Assembly (NCBI GenBank): GCA_951406725.2
Contig: OX597824.1
Location: forward strand, 82,088,001 to 82,152,000
Length of the DNA: 64,000 bases
From: Octopus vulgaris
Taxonomy: Eukaryota
Direction: 5' to 3'
In this document: positions 27,116 to 41,692 of the stretch, one piece after another
Layout: each line of letters opens with the position of its first letter
How positions within the stretch are numbered: position 1 is the first letter of the stretch
Notes under the pieces: generated by a model
Database searches by the model: none
The model's input: the letters and a program-made list of their open reading frames with translations, nothing else
What the model was told of the DNA's origin: nothing
Translations under genes and position numbers: made by a program

Positions 27116-27777
27116 TACAATGTGCCCTAGCGTTTATGAGCTTGCGAGTTTTGACCTAGGGGCGATATGCTTACTATTTCTAGCAAACTGAGCGATCGCA
27201 CATATACTGGCTCCCTTGTTACTTCGTTGGAAACTCCGTTATATAACGCCTCAGTTTACGGAACGTTATAAACAAGTTGATAACATGGGACGTTGTTTAC
27301 TAAATTAATTCCCAGTTTAAGTGTTCTCATATTGCTACTTAGCATTTCGTTTCATCGCCTTCTTCAAGGTTCTTGGTGGTGGCGTTGGTGGAAGTGATGG
27401 TGGTGGTGGTGGCGGTAGTGATGTGATGGTAGTTGGTTGGTGGCGGGGACAGTGCCGGCGACGGCTGCGATGGTGGTGGTGATGGCGGCTGCGGCGCCGA
27501 CAAAGATGGATGCGTTTGTTGTTTGTTGTGGTAGTGGTGGTGGTGGCACTGGTGTTGGTGGTGCTTCCTTCCGGTGGTGGTGGTGGTCACGACGGCAGTG
27601 ACGGTGCATGGCGACGGCAACGGTGGTGGTTGTGGCGCTTGTTGTTGTTGTTGTTTTGATTGCTGTGATGGTCATATTCTTGCTGTTGTTGTAGTGTTGG
27701 TGGTTGTAGAGGCGGTGGTTTTGTTTATGGTGGCAGTGATGATTGTGACGGTGGCGTGGTATCGGTGCTAGAGCTGC

Positions 27778-27818
<41 letters not shown>

Positions 27819-27939
27819 CAGACGGCAGAAGAGGCGGTGGTGATGAAGGAGGTGGCCTTGTAGGCAGTAATGGCATTGGTGGCGAAGATGTCATTGATAG
27901 ATGGGTGGAATGATGATAAAAGCGGCGGTGATATTAGCA

Positions 27940-29225
27940 GTAAGGCGCCGGACGAAATGCTTAGCGGTATTTTGTCCGCCGTTACGTTCTGAGTTTAAAT
28001 TCCGCTGAGGTTGACTTTGCCTTTCATCCTTTCGGGGTCGATAAATTAAAGTACCAGTTACGCACTGGGATCGATATAATTGACTTAATCCGTTTGTCTG
28101 GCCTTGTTTGTCCTCTCTGTGTTTGGCCCCTTGTGGGTAGTAAAGAAATAAGTATTTGGTCTGCCGCTACGTTCTCAGTTGAAATTCCGCCGAGGTCGAC
28201 TTTGCCTTTCATCCTTTCGGGGTCGATAAACTAAGTACCAGTTACGCACTGGGGTCGATATAATCGACTTAATCCGTTTGTCTGTCCTTGTTTGTCCTTT
28301 CTGTGTTTAGCCCCTTTCTAGGTAGTAATGAAATAGGTATTTCGTCCATCGCTATGTTCTGAGTTCAAACTCCGTCGAGATAGACTTTGCCTTTCATCCT
28401 TTCGGGGTCGATAAACTAAGTACCAGTTACGCACTGGGGTCGATATAATCGACTTAATCCGTTTGTCTGTCCTTGTTTGTCCTCTCTGTGTGTAACCCCT
28501 TGTGGATAGTAAAGAAATAGGTATTTCGTCTGCCGCTACGTTTTGAGTTCAAATTCCGCTGAGGTTGGCTTTGCCTTTTATCCTTTCGGCGTCGATAAAG
28601 AAAGCACCAGTGAAACACTGGGGTCGATGTAATCGACTTGCAACTTCCTCCAAAATTTCAGGCCTTGTGCCTATAGTAGAAAGGATTATGATCTAAGTTC
28701 AAACTCCCCCGAGATCGACATTGCTTTACATCCTTTCGGCGTCGATAAAATAAGTACCAGTGTAATCGATTTATACCCTCCCGAAAAATTTCAGGTCTTG
28801 TACCTTTAGTGGGCCAGCTGGCAGAATTATTTACACGCCGAGCAAAATATTTACCGGTATTTCGTCTGTCTTTACATTCTGAGTTCAAATTCCACGAAGG
28901 TTGACTTTTCCTTTCACTCTTTCGGGGTCGAAAAAAATAAATACTGGTCAAGTTCTGGGGTCGATGTAATCGCCTAGGACCCTTTGCCTTTAGTAGAAAG
29001 GGTTATTATCCCGATGAGAGCTGGCAGAATCGTTAACGCGCCATGCAAAATGTTTAGAGGCATTTCGTCCGCCTTTACACTCTGCGTTCAAATTCCGCCG
29101 AGGCTGGACTTTACCTTTTCGTGGTCGATAAAATAAGTACTAGTTGAGCATTGGCAATCGATGTAATCGATTTTGCCCTATCTTGAACTTACTGGCCTTG
29201 TACAAATTCTTGAAACCAATAGTGA
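27940..29225 (+). mobile_element. Tandem SINE B concatemer followed by older-tail SINE B copies
   Basis: Repeated body units joined at AAATA(G/A)GTATTT. Confidence 0.88.
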
Positions 29226-29383
29226 TGGACGTGTGCAACCCTAGATCAACCTTGATCGTGCATACTTGCAAACAAAGACATATCCACCGTGACCATCTCG
29301 CATTTTGTTATTTCTGTTGTTTTTTTTTTGTTATATTTTTTTTGTCATGCACAGGCAATCAAACAGTATGAAAATGTTTCCTT

Positions 29384-29615
29384 ATTCTTTTATTGTCCAC
29401 AAGGGGCTAAACATAGAGGGGACAAACAACGACAGACAAAGGGGTCAAGTCGATTACATCGACCCCAGTGCGTAACTGGTTCTTAATTTATTGACCCCGA
29501 AAGAATGAAAGGCAAAGTCGACCTCGTCGGAATTTGAACTCAAAACGTAACGGCAGACGAAATACCGCTAAGCATTTCGCCCGGCGTGCTAACGTTTCTG
29601 CCAGCTCGCTGCCTT
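29384..29615 (-). mobile_element. SINE B with 26-bp TSD
   Basis: ATCAAACAGTA(T/C)GAAAATGTTTCCTT at 29358-29383 and 29616-29641. Confidence 0.92.
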
Positions 29616-31056
29616 ATCAAACAGTACGAAAATGTTTCCTTGTCTTTGATGATTGCGTTCCAAACGCGATTTTACTGCTATGTCTAGCAAAATAAGTAGG
29701 CAACTTTGTTCTTGCTGCCGCTTCTGTTAAAGGCCCAGGTCAATTCTAATCAAGTGGACCTACGTACGATCAAATGACCTCTCTGTGCTTTGCTTAGTGC
29801 AAAGTGTCCTCTTTTTAAAAGAATACTATCTGCTTTATGGGAAAGTTGGTCGCCGTTTCCAGCATGTCAAGTGACGATGTTGAGTATCTGTCATTCATAG
29901 TGGTGTTGGTGGTAGTGGTGGTGGTGTTGTTGTTGGTGGTGGTGTTATTGTTATTGTTTTTGGAAACCTTGGTGTTTGAGAGTTTTGTGATTTCTCTAGT
30001 TGTTGTTGTTGTTGCTGTGGGTGGTGGTGGTGGTGTTAGTGATGGTCGTCGTCGGCGTAGTCTTCGTAGTGGTGTAGGGGTGGAAGTATTAGTGGTGGTG
30101 ATGGTGGCTATGTGGCGGTGGTGGCGCTGGTGTTGGCGGCGCTGGTGGTGGTGATGCTAGCGGTGTTTTGGTGCTGGCGATAACGATTAGACAGTGGTGG
30201 TAGTGGTGGTAGTAACGGTGGTGACGTCCGTGGCGAAGTAGGTGTCGGCGGCTGCGGTGGTGCTGGTATTGTAGTAATTGGTTGTTTTAGTGTTGGTGAT
30301 AATGAATTAGTGATTTAGTAGGTGGTGTTAGCGGTGGTGGTGGTGGGGGGGGGGGTTATTGAGGACGTTGGAGGAGGGGGTGAGGTTAGTGGAGGGATGG
30401 TGTTGTAGTTTGGCGATAGTAGAAGCGGTATAGGTGTTAGTAGTGGTTATGGTAGTAGTTCGAGTTGATGGCGATGGTGGTGATGGTGGTCATGTCATTG
30501 TTTATAGAAGTAGAAAGGCGGTGGTGGTGGTGTTGGTGTGGTGGTGGGAAAATTTGTTTGTTTTTTTTTCATGCAATTATATAAAGGAACGAGGGATGAA
30601 TGTGGTGTTGGCGATGATGATGATAATGATGATTATGATGGGAGCGGCGTTGGCAGGCGTAACGGTGGCGGGGCTGGGTGTAATGGAAGTGTTCAAGTGT
30701 TTGTAGTGGTAGTAGTGGTGGTGCCTCCCCCCTGTGTTTTCTTTCCGTGTTCATTGTTCTCATGCTTCAGATGTAGTAGAGAAACCCAGCCGCTACCCGA
30801 GGAATGCGGGTTCGATTCCTGTGGCTGCCTGTTGTCAGCTTTTTTTTCCCCCGTCTTATAAGGCTAATGATAAGTAAATGCTTTTGAGTTCTCACGGTTA
30901 TACTGCGTTCGAAATATTGCCTTCTTATCTATACAATACGATACACATTCGAGACTTCAAAAAGCAAAATAAAAGATTGTATACAAATATACATATACTG
31001 TTGTAGCACACACATATATATCTATATATCTATATATCTATATATCTATCTATCTT

Positions 31057-31122
<66 letters not shown>

Positions 31123-31234
31123 GGGGCTGGATGTAATGGAAGTGTTCAAGTGTTAGTATACATATACGTATAGCCTCAGGCCAACTAAAACCTTATGAGT
31201 GGAAATAGTAGACAGAAACTGAAAGAAACCCGTC

Positions 31235-31320
<86 letters not shown>

Positions 31321-31322
31321 GT

Positions 31323-31354
<32 letters not shown>

Positions 31355-31883
31355 TTATATATTTGTGTCTGTTTGTCCCCATATCCGTCTCTTGACAACC
31401 TATGAGTTTATCATGATGTTATCCAATATATTCCCCTTCTCAGTTTCACACTTATTGCAGTGATCCTTCAGTTTTTTTCTAAGCTTATAAAAGAACTTGC
31501 AAGGTTGGGCCTTCAACGAAGCTTTACGTGATACCTTTAAAGCCAGAAACTTCTCAGCAATACGTTTGTATATTATAGACAAGCCAGGAGCTGCAGTGCT
31601 AGTCCAGGAAAAGACTTCTTCAGACACGTATATTGTTACGAAGATAATATACTTCAGATCTAGGCGAAATGAAATCGTCCCGGAAGCGAAAAGTAGAGTG
31701 ATGTCAGATGTGAATGAAGTTGCATCATTTCCTACACCAAATCGTCCCAGCCTGTCTTAAGTATACAGAAACTGCAAATAAACAATAAACAATTTCACCG
31801 GCCTGCGAATATGCCGCCTGACTGAGGAAGTTGAAATTATGCAATAGAAACAACTCCAGATTAAAATATTTATCTGCATGAAA

Positions 31884-34080
31884 ACCAGGTCCACCAATGT
31901 TTTCCATTGCTTGTGGTCCCATGCCACTCCCTCCGAGATGACGTTGAACTTCTGGAGGTCTTCCCAGAGACATCATCATGCGTTGAGCCGACCAGGTCCA
32001 CCAATGATTTCCATTGCTTGTGGTCCCATGCCAACCCCTCCGAGATGACGTCGAACTTCTGGAGGTCTTCCCAGAGACATCATCATGCTTTGAGCCGACC
32101 AGGTCCACCAATGTTTTCCATTGCTTGTGGTCCCATGCCAGCCCCTCCGAGGTGACGTCTAACTTCTGGAGATCTTCCCAGAGACATCATCATACGTTGA
32201 GCTGACCAGGTCCACCAATGTTTTCCATAGCTTGTGGTCCCATGCCAGCCCCTCCGATCCGAGATGACGTTGAACTTCTGGAGGTCTTCCCAGAGACATC
32301 ATCATGCTTTGAGCTGACCAGATCCAGCAATGTTTTCCGTTGGTTGTGGTCCCACGCCAGCCCCTCCGAGATGACGTTGAAGTTCTGGAGGTCTTCCCAG
32401 AGACATCATCATGCTTTGAGCTGACCAGGTCCAGCAATGTTTTCCATTGCTTGTGGTCCCATGCCAGCCTCTCCGAGGTGACGTCGAACTTCTGGAGATC
32501 TTCCCAGAGACATCATCATGCGTTGAGCTGACCAGGCCCACCAATGTTTTCCATTCCTTGTGGTCCCATGCCAGCCCCTCCGAGGTGACGTCTAACTTCT
32601 GGAGATCTTCCTAGAGACATCATCATACGTTGAGCCGACCAGGTCCACCAATGTTTTCCATAGCTTGTGGTCCCATGCCAGCCCCTCCGAGATGACGTCG
32701 AACTTCTGGAGGTCTTCCCAGGGACATCATCATGCTTTGAGCTGACCAGGTCCACCAATGTTTTCCATTGCTTGTGGTCCCATGCCAGCCCCTCCGAGAT
32801 GACGTTGAACTTCTGGAGGTCTTCCCAGAGACATAATCATGCTTTGAGCCGACCAGGTCCACCAATGTTTTCCATTGCTTGTGGTCCCATGCCAGCCCCT
32901 CCGAGATGACGTTGAACTTCTGGAGATCTTCCCAGAGACATCATCATGCGTTGAGCCGACCAGGTCCACCAATGTTTCCCATTGCTTGTGGTCCCATGCC
33001 AGCCCCTCCGAGGTGACATCGAACTTCTTGAGATCTTCCTAGAGACATCATCATGCTTTGAGCTGACCAGGTCCACCAATGTTTTCCGTTGGTTGTGGTC
33101 CCATGCCAGCCCCTCTGAGGTGACGTCGAACTTCTGGAGATCTTCCCAGAGACATCATTATGCGTAGAGCCGACCAGGTCCACCAATGTTTTCCATTGCT
33201 TGTGGTCCCGTGCCAGCCCCTCCGAGGTGACGTCGAACTTCTGGAGATCTTCCCAGAGACATCATCATGCTTTGAGCCGACCAGGTCCAGCAATGTTTTC
33301 CATTGCTTGTGGTCCCATGCCAGCCCCTCCGAGGTGACGTCGAACTTCTGGAGGTCTTCCCAGAGACATCATCATGCGTTGAGCCGACCAGGTCCACCAA
33401 TGTTTTCCATTGCTTGTGGTCCCATGCCAGCCCCTCCGAGGTGACGTCGAACTTCTGGAGATCTTCCCAGAGACATCATCATGCTTTGAGCTGACCAGGT
33501 CCAGCAATGTTTTCCATTGCTTGTGGTCCCATGCCAGCCCCACCGAGATGACGTTGAACTTCTGAAGATCTTCCCAGAGACATCATCATGCGTTGAGCGG
33601 ACCAGGTCCACCAATGTTTTCCATTCCTTGTGGTCCCATGCCAGCCCTCCGAGGTGACATCGAACTTCTGGAGATCTTCCCATAGACATCATCATGCTTT
33701 GAACCGACCGGATCCACCAATGTTTTCCATTGCTTGTGGTCCCATGCCAGCCCCTCCTAGGTGACATTGAACTTCTAGAGATCTTCCCCAATCACATCAA
33801 CTCTCTGGAGATCTTCCCAGAGACATCATCATGCGTTGAACCGACCGGGTCCACCAATGTTTTCAATTGCTTGTGGTCCCCCCGAGGTGACATTGAACTT
33901 CTAGAGATCTTCCCCAATCACATCAACTCTCTGGAGATCTCCCCAGAGACATCATCATGCGTTGAACCGACCGGGTCCACCAATGTTTTCCATTGCTTGT
34001 GGTCCCCCCGAGGTGACATTGAACTTCTGAAGATCTTCCCCAATCACATCAACTCTCTGGAGATCTTCTCCAATCACGTC
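31884..34080. repeat. 107-bp tandem array (~18 units) ending in ~122-bp variant units
   Basis: Unit ACCAGGTCCACCAATGTTTTCCATTGCTTGTGGTCCCATGCCAGCCCCTCCGAGGTGACGTCGAACTTCTGGAGATCTTCCCAGAGACATCATCATGCGTTGAGCCG. ORF starts recur every 107 bp. Confidence 0.97.
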
Positions 34081-34669
34081 AAGTCGTCGAGTCATCTGGT
34101 TCAAGGCCTGCCAAGAGATGTCTTCCAGCTCGGAGCTGCTGCATCGAATGCGTGTATATTACATATACACTAATAAAATAAACTAATGACACTCAGATTT
34201 AGATTTAGCATTATTCGTCTCCCTGTTTATTTCCTCCATAGCTACGTCTCCGTCTTTTACGTGTTTATAAAACAGAACTGAATATTTTACTAAATAAATG
34301 CGCCATTTTGAATATTCTTCCCTCTCTTCCACATTAAACTGCTAAACTGATATTTACATCCAGATGCATTTTCAACATCGACTTGAGAATATACCACAGT
34401 GTGTGCGAGCGTGAGTGTATGCGTAGGTGTGTATGTGTACGCTCATACACGTTGTTGTTGCGTCGTACAAAGCGTTTATGCTGATGCCTATTGTACAACA
34501 GCCATATTTAATTCAATGTATTCGCTTATAAGGATTGTTTATTTTTCGTTTGTTTTCGTCTTAAATTATCTGTTCAACTTGAAATCATAATAATTGAAAT
34601 AATCCACTCGAACTGTACAAGAAAGTCAACGACCGATGCCTCAATTTATGGTTTTGCTGCCGTTACAGA

Positions 34670-34692
34670 CGTCGTCGTCGTCGTCGTCGTCG

Positions 34693-34766
<74 letters not shown>

Positions 34767-35525
34767 GGTGGACGTAACGTTGATAAAGTGACGTAAAGGT
34801 GATGTTTTCGTAGTTGATGGTAGAGGTGATGCTGCTACAGGTAATAGTGGTGGTGGCGGTGGTGGTGGTTGTGGTGGCGGTGGTGGTGGCGATGGCGGTG
34901 ATGGCGGTGGTGGCGGTGGTTGCAGTGGTGGTTGCAGTGGTGGTGGTGGCGGTGGTGGCGGTGGTGGTGGTGGTGGCGGTGGTGGCGGTGGTGGCGTCGG
35001 CAGCGGCCGAGGTGATGGTTGTGGTGGAAGTGATTGTAAAGGTGGCATTGGTTGAGAAAAGCAGAGTTGACGGTGATTGAGTGTGCTGCGATAATACGAT
35101 GATGGCGATCGTGATGATTGTAGGGTTGTCGGCGTTGATTGGATAATGGAGGGGACGATGGTAGTGAGGATACAGATGGTGGTTGGTATCGATGGTAGTG
35201 ATGGAGGTTCTTTGATGGTGACAATGGTGGTAGCGGTGTGGTGGTAGTAGTGGTGCTGGTGGTGTTAGTAGTGGTAGAAGTGGTGGTGGTGGTGGCGGTG
35301 GTGCTGGTGCTGGTGGTTATGGCGGTGGTGGTGGTGGTGGTGGTGGTGGTGGTTATGATGATGATAATGATAGTAATGGTGGTGTTGATTGTTGTGATGG
35401 TAAGGTGGTTTTGGTAAGGCGGGGTTTGGCCGGCAGCGGTGGTGGTGGTGGTAGTGGTGGTGGTGGTGGTAGTGGTGGTGGTGGTGGTAGTGGTGGTGGT
35501 GGTGGTGGTTGTGGTGGAGGGTTGA
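34670..35525. repeat. Degenerate (GGT/GTT)n low-complexity tract; similar tracts at 27365-27930 and 29895-30725
   Basis: Direct reading. Confidence 0.9.
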
Positions 35526-36057
35526 TGGCGCTGAAGCTATCGTTGGAGCCATCACGATGGAAGTATAAGAGTAGAGCTGTGTTTTCTTTTCACCAATCAA
35601 TCTACTCGTCTTTGTTTATTTGCACGACATGTCAACTTAGCAGAACTGTTGATTTTTCAGATTATCTCCCCTTCATATACGGTGGCAGTTTTCAATTACT
35701 GTTGGGTAATTGTCACATTCACCTCTAGAAACGGAGATAATTCTAAGGACTCTAAGGTATTTGATATACCTGTATTTCTCAAGGTCTCCCACTTCCCAGC
35801 GAGTTCTTGCTCTTAGAACATTCTTGTATGTATATATGTATGAATGTATACATACATACAAACATACATATATATATATATTATGTATATTAATCTATCA
35901 ATTTATCTATCTATATATATACACATACACGTATAGATATATACATATATATATATATATGTAGGTATGTTTATATACATATGTATGTATATGTATATAT
36001 ATGTATATGTATATATATATGTATATATATATATGTATATATATATTTATATTTATA

Positions 36058-36097
<40 letters not shown>

Positions 36098-36155
36098 TGA
36101 ATATGTATATATATGTGTGTGTGTGTGTGTGTGTATATGTATATATGTATATCTG

Positions 36156-36197
<42 letters not shown>

Positions 36198-36216
36198 CGT
36201 GTGTGTGTGTATGTAT

Positions 36217-36742
36217 ATTCTTTTATTTGTTTCAGTTATTTGACTGCGGCCATGCTGGAGTATCACTTTAGTCGAGCAAATTGACCTCAGGATTTATTCT
36301 TTCTAAACCTAGTACTTAATCCATCGATCTCTTTTGCCCAACCGCTGACTTACGGGGACATTACGGGGACAGCATCGGTTGTCAAGCGATGCTGGAGGGA
36401 CAAACACAGGCACACAAACATATACATATACATATACATATATATGCATGTATACAAATATATGTAGGTATGTACATATGTATGTATGTATATATGCATA
36501 TATTTATATATTATTTATATTACTGTACATATATATGTATGTGTGTGTGTTTGTGTGTCTGTGTTTATCCCCCTAACATCGCTTGACAACCAATGCTGGT
36601 GTGTTTACGTCCCTCTAAAGATCCGATAGAATAAGTACTAGGCTTACAAAGAAGAAGGCCTAGGGGTCGATTTGCTCGACTAAAAGCTGTGCTCTAGCGT
36701 GGCCACAGTCACATGACTGAAACAAGTAGAAGAGTAAAAGAG
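36217..36742. mobile_element. Two SINE A 3' halves in inverted orientation sharing one microsatellite
   Basis: Minus tail 36217-36420 and plus tail 36540-36742. Confidence 0.85.
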
Positions 36743-36969
36743 TATATGTATATATGTATATTTACAAATGTAGATACACGCGCACGCACGTACACTCGCA
36801 CACATGCACATGTATTTAAATACATACATACATACACACAGAAACATATCAGAATCGGAATGGATTTGGTACTTGGTGTTACTTTCAATGCTCGTGATGA
36901 CTATATTGGGAAATAGAGAAAGGTTTTAGATGCTGTAAGACTTCCAAACGGCTAGAAACACAGGGACAT

Positions 36970-37209
36970 ACCTATTTCTTTACTACCCACTAGGAGTTAA
37001 AAACACAGAGAGGACAAACAACGACAGACAAACGGATTAAGTCGATTATATCGACCCCAGTGCGTAACTGGTACTTAATTTATCGACCCCCCGAAAGGAT
37101 GAAAGGCAAAGTCGACCTCGGGGGAATTTGAACTCAGAACGTAGCGGCAGACGAAATACTGCTAAGCATTTCGCCCGGCGTGCTAACGATTCTGCCAGTT
37201 CGCCGCCTT
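36970..37209 (-). mobile_element. SINE B
   Basis: Full head, core and tail; GGGACATACC on both flanks. Confidence 0.92.
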
Positions 37210-37374
37210 GTTGCATAGGGACATACCATACACTTGCTTACCCATTTCCCCCACCCTCTTTACCACTAACGATATATCAGAGCTTGTGTGCTCGCGTATA
37301 CGGGTGCATATGTATGCACGTTCGCGTTCGTGCCAATTTGGATGCGTATTTTGTGACTTCATATATGTATATAC

Positions 37375-37450
<76 letters not shown>

Positions 37451-37782
37451 TCACGTGTTTGTTCATGTGTGTGATTATGTACGTATGGATATGAGATATG
37501 AAAATGTGATTAGCTGTCTCTTGTGGGTTCGTTTGAAGCATTGTCTACAAAGCGGGTATAAGGGGTGGATGTCAGCAATGAGGTGTTGGTGTTCCGGGTA
37601 GCCATAGCAACAGATGTGGCAGCAGCTGTAGTAGGCTGTAGCAACGGTTGTAGTTTCAGGAATATCTCTGCTAGGTGCATCTATGCATGTAATCGATAAT
37701 TTGGTGACATTTCGTTTGAAGAATATTGACATCAACAACGGTAGTAGCAGCAGCAGCAACAACAACAATGATGACGACGATG

Positions 37783-37814
<32 letters not shown>

Positions 37815-38012
37815 AAACGGCAATAACGCTAACGACAACAACATCAACGACAGTTCCGAAAGTATTAATGCATCAGGAAACGGCTATATCAGAACAAGCT
37901 CAATAATTACATCGAAAACATGAAAAGTGAAAGTGAAAGTAAAAACAATTACGATAATAACAATAAAAACAACAACAACAACAACAACAATAGGCGGACA
38001 AGGGAGCTGCTA

Positions 38013-38047
<35 letters not shown>

Positions 38048-38050
<3 letters not shown>

Positions 38051-38264
38051 ACTCATTTCTCTTTTACTTGTTTCAGTTATTTGACTGTGGCCATGCTGGA
38101 GCACACACCCCCTTTAGTCAAGCAAATCGACCCCAGGACTTATTCTTTGTAAGCCTTAGTACTTATTCTATCGGTCTCTTTTGCTGAACCGCTAAGTTAC
38201 GGGAACGTAAACACACCAGCATCGGTTGTCAAGCGATGTTGGGGGGGGACAAACACAGGCACAG

Positions 38265-38343
<79 letters not shown>

Positions 38344-38500
38344 CTTCTTTCAGTTTCCGTCTACCAAATCCACTCACAAGGCTTTGGTTGGCCCGAGGCT
38401 ATAGTAGAAGACAGTCGACCAAGGTGTCACGCAGTGGGACTGAACACGAAACCATGTGGTTTGTAAGCAAGCTCCTTACCACACAGCCACTCCTACGCCT
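38048..38500 (-). mobile_element. SINE A, full length
   Basis: Matches other copies. Confidence 0.92.
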
Positions 38501-39958
38501 ATAGGAAGCTACTTACTACGTGCATTGATCTGCTAGAAATAGCAGTCCAAGCTCTCTCTCTCACTCTCTCGCTTTCTCGTTATAGTCTCATATAGTTTGG
38601 TACATTACTGAATAACCAATCCAATTTTTGGCACAAGGCCAGCAACTTCGGGTGAAGGAAATAAATTAATTACATCGACCCCAGTGCTCGAATGGTGGTA
38701 CTTATTTTATCGACCTAGATAGAATGACAGGCAAAGTCAACCTCGGCGTAATTTGAACTCAGAGTGTAAAGACGGACAAAATACAGCTCGGTATTTTGCC
38801 TGACGTGTCAATGACTCATACAGCTTGCCGCCTTTTTTCACTGTCTGAAATAAAGAAAACATTGGTTGATGGACTACCTGGCAACAGGCAGAGCACCTTT
38901 GATCCCAGATCAGCACAAATAGGGTATTTCAATCTAGCATTTATTTTATAGATCTCTGCTTGATAAACTTTGAGACGTAGTGGACAGAATACTCGGTTTA
39001 ACAAAAAATGTAAGCACATACACACACACAAATTAGGTGCAAAAATGATTATGTGGTTGAGAAGTTTGCGACGGGCTTCTTTCAGTTTCCGTCTACCAAA
39101 TCCAATCACAAGTCTTTGGTCGGCCTGTGGCTATAGTAGAAGACACTCGCCCAAGGTGTCACGCAGTGGGACTGAACCCGAAACTTATATAATACTTCTT
39201 GCTACTATTGGTACAAGACCTGGAATTTTGGAAGAGTGTGCTAGTCGATTGCATCAACCTCAGTACACAACTTGTACTTAATTTATCGACCCCAAAAGGA
39301 TGAAAAGCAAAGTCGACCTCGGCGGAATTTGAACTCAGAATGTGCTTACAATTCTCAGATTGTTCTTACGATTCTGCCAGCTACAGGGGCAAGGTTTGAA
39401 ATTTTGTGGGAAAAGGCAGAGCTGACCTCGGTGGAATTTGAACTCTGAATACACAGCCAGCAGAAATATCATTAAGCGTATGTCCGGTCTGCTAACAACT
39501 GTACCAGGTCAATCCTTTGCTCTGTTCTAGTATAGAAGAATTTCATCATACCAGTAACATCAACAACAATAAAAACAACAAACAATAACTACAAAAATAA
39601 CAACAACAGCAACAACAACAATAGCAGCAATAATATATTTTAACTTTGTTCTTCTCTCCAATTTAAAACTAGAATATAATAATAACAAGGATCTGATGTT
39701 TTGCTGAAAATAACAGGAAAAAAGAAAACGAGAGAAGAATCAGGTGACATAGAAAGAAAGAGAAGAGAAAATGACAGGGAGAGTGAGTGAGAAGGTGAAT
39801 GGATGAGGGAGGGAGATAGGGAGGGAGTGGGTGTGGAGAAAGAGAGAGATAGAGATAGAGAAAAAAGAGAGAGAAAAAAGAGAGAGAGAGAGAGAGAGAA
39901 AGAAAGGTGGAGAATGAGTGAATGAATGTAGGAATTTAAGAAGAGGGAAAAGAAGAGG

Positions 39959-39991
<33 letters not shown>

Positions 39992-40441
39992 AGATGGACA
40001 GAATGGCAGACAGACAGACAAGCAGGCAGGCAGGCAGGCAGACAGATGTAGAGAGGCAGACTAGTTGTCAGACAGACAGACAGACTGAAAGACGAAGACC
40101 GAGAGACTGTCTCCACTATCGGTAATATTAATGACGCCATTGTTCCCGAAATGTGTCCTTACCGGAAATCTACAAGAAATGTGGAAGACAAGTACTTCCG
40201 GTGAAAATGTAAAGGTTTCCTATACTTGAGATGATCTTTTGCATGCCTGATATTGTGTAGTTGGAAATAGTATGGTGGTGGTGGTTGTTGTTGTTGCTTT
40301 GGTGGTAGTACTGATGATGGTGGTGGTGGTGGTGATGATGGTGGTGGTGGTGGTGGTGTGAGTATGTTGTGCGTACAGATGTGTAAGTATGCTTGATGAT
40401 TGTATGTAAATGTGCACGTGTGAATATGAACGTATGCAAGT

Positions 40442-40490
<49 letters not shown>

Positions 40491-40624
40491 GGTGTATGTG
40501 TCATAGAGTGACTTTGAGTCTGCACGTGCGTGTGTGGGATTGAGGGGTGGCGGGGGTTTGTACATATAAGAAGGGATTGTGCGTGACTGAATAACTGAAT
40601 ATTTTGTAGTGCCATTATATATAT

Positions 40625-40688
<64 letters not shown>

Positions 40689-41265
40689 TTGTGCGTGTGT
40701 GTGTGTGTGTGTCAGTGTATGTATACATATATATATACATACTTACACACCCACACACATACATACGCACATATATGTATCTATGCACGTTTGCATATAC
40801 GTACGCATGTATATAAAGACAATATAAAGACAATATAGTACATAGGTCTATATATATATTTTCGTATACACACTATACATACGTAAGCATGTATATGCAT
40901 ATATGTGCGTGTGTGTGTATGAATATGTGTATATAAGTATATAAAAATGTGTATGTATATATATATATATGCACACACACATATATACACCTTCGGGCGG
41001 ATGCTTTCTGTAGTTATCAGTGTATTTTGGCGATTGAAATAAGAGTTTTGACTGTTATTTCCAGCAGGTACACATCCTTGACATGTCCTTTGATTAATTT
41101 TATTCCTTCAGCTATTTAATGCTATTGGGGGCCTGCAATCGCCTATATTATTGATTCGGTTATTATCACTTTTAATTGTTACACTAGATAATAACAGAAT
41201 TAATGATATCTTCACAAATTATCTTTTCGTGAATTATTTTCTCTCTCTGAATTGTTTGCTTCGTA

Positions 41266-41313
<48 letters not shown>

Positions 41314-41314
<1 letters not shown>

Positions 41315-41686
41315 TAGCAGTATCGCCCGGCGTTGCTCGGTTTTGTAAGGGAAATAACTATATAAGCATTTTTAGAGAGTTATAGCCAAAAAATAGCAAA
41401 AAAATGCATTAAAAATGGAAAAAAATTATGGTAATTTTTTTTTAAATCGTTGACTCATCGTAGACATTTTTAGAGAGTTACTTCCCTTATATAATAGCGA
41501 AAAATGCAGTAAAGTGGAAAAAAATGATGGTAAATTATTTTTAAAATTGTAGACTCATCGTAGACGCGCGTTAATACCCAGAATGGCTCGATATGAATCA
41601 CGACTATAAGATACCCGCTTTTGGTTACACTGCACCGCAAAATGTGGGAGTAGTTAGGAATCTAAATTCACTTTTATATATAAAGA
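41314..41686 (-). mobile_element. Non-autonomous Helitron
   Basis: TC start, hairpin, CTAG end; same family as 26113-26505. Confidence 0.92.
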
Positions 41687-41692
41687 TATATA

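Noticed and set aside
31585-31626. Minus-strand CTGAAGA AGTC...GACT hammerhead-like start
   Set aside because: No GAAA after the stem and no stem I partner
31884-34080. CRISPR array, coding repeat or HDV-like ribozyme in the 107-bp unit
   Set aside because: No unique spacers and no cas genes. The period is not divisible by 3 and stops recur. I could not build the HDV P1/P1.1 pairing.
27339-35728. Pro/His/Ala/Val-rich ORFs resembling low-complexity transcription-factor exons
   Set aside because: They lie in degenerate (GGT)n tracts that are open in many frames, with no splice or domain support.
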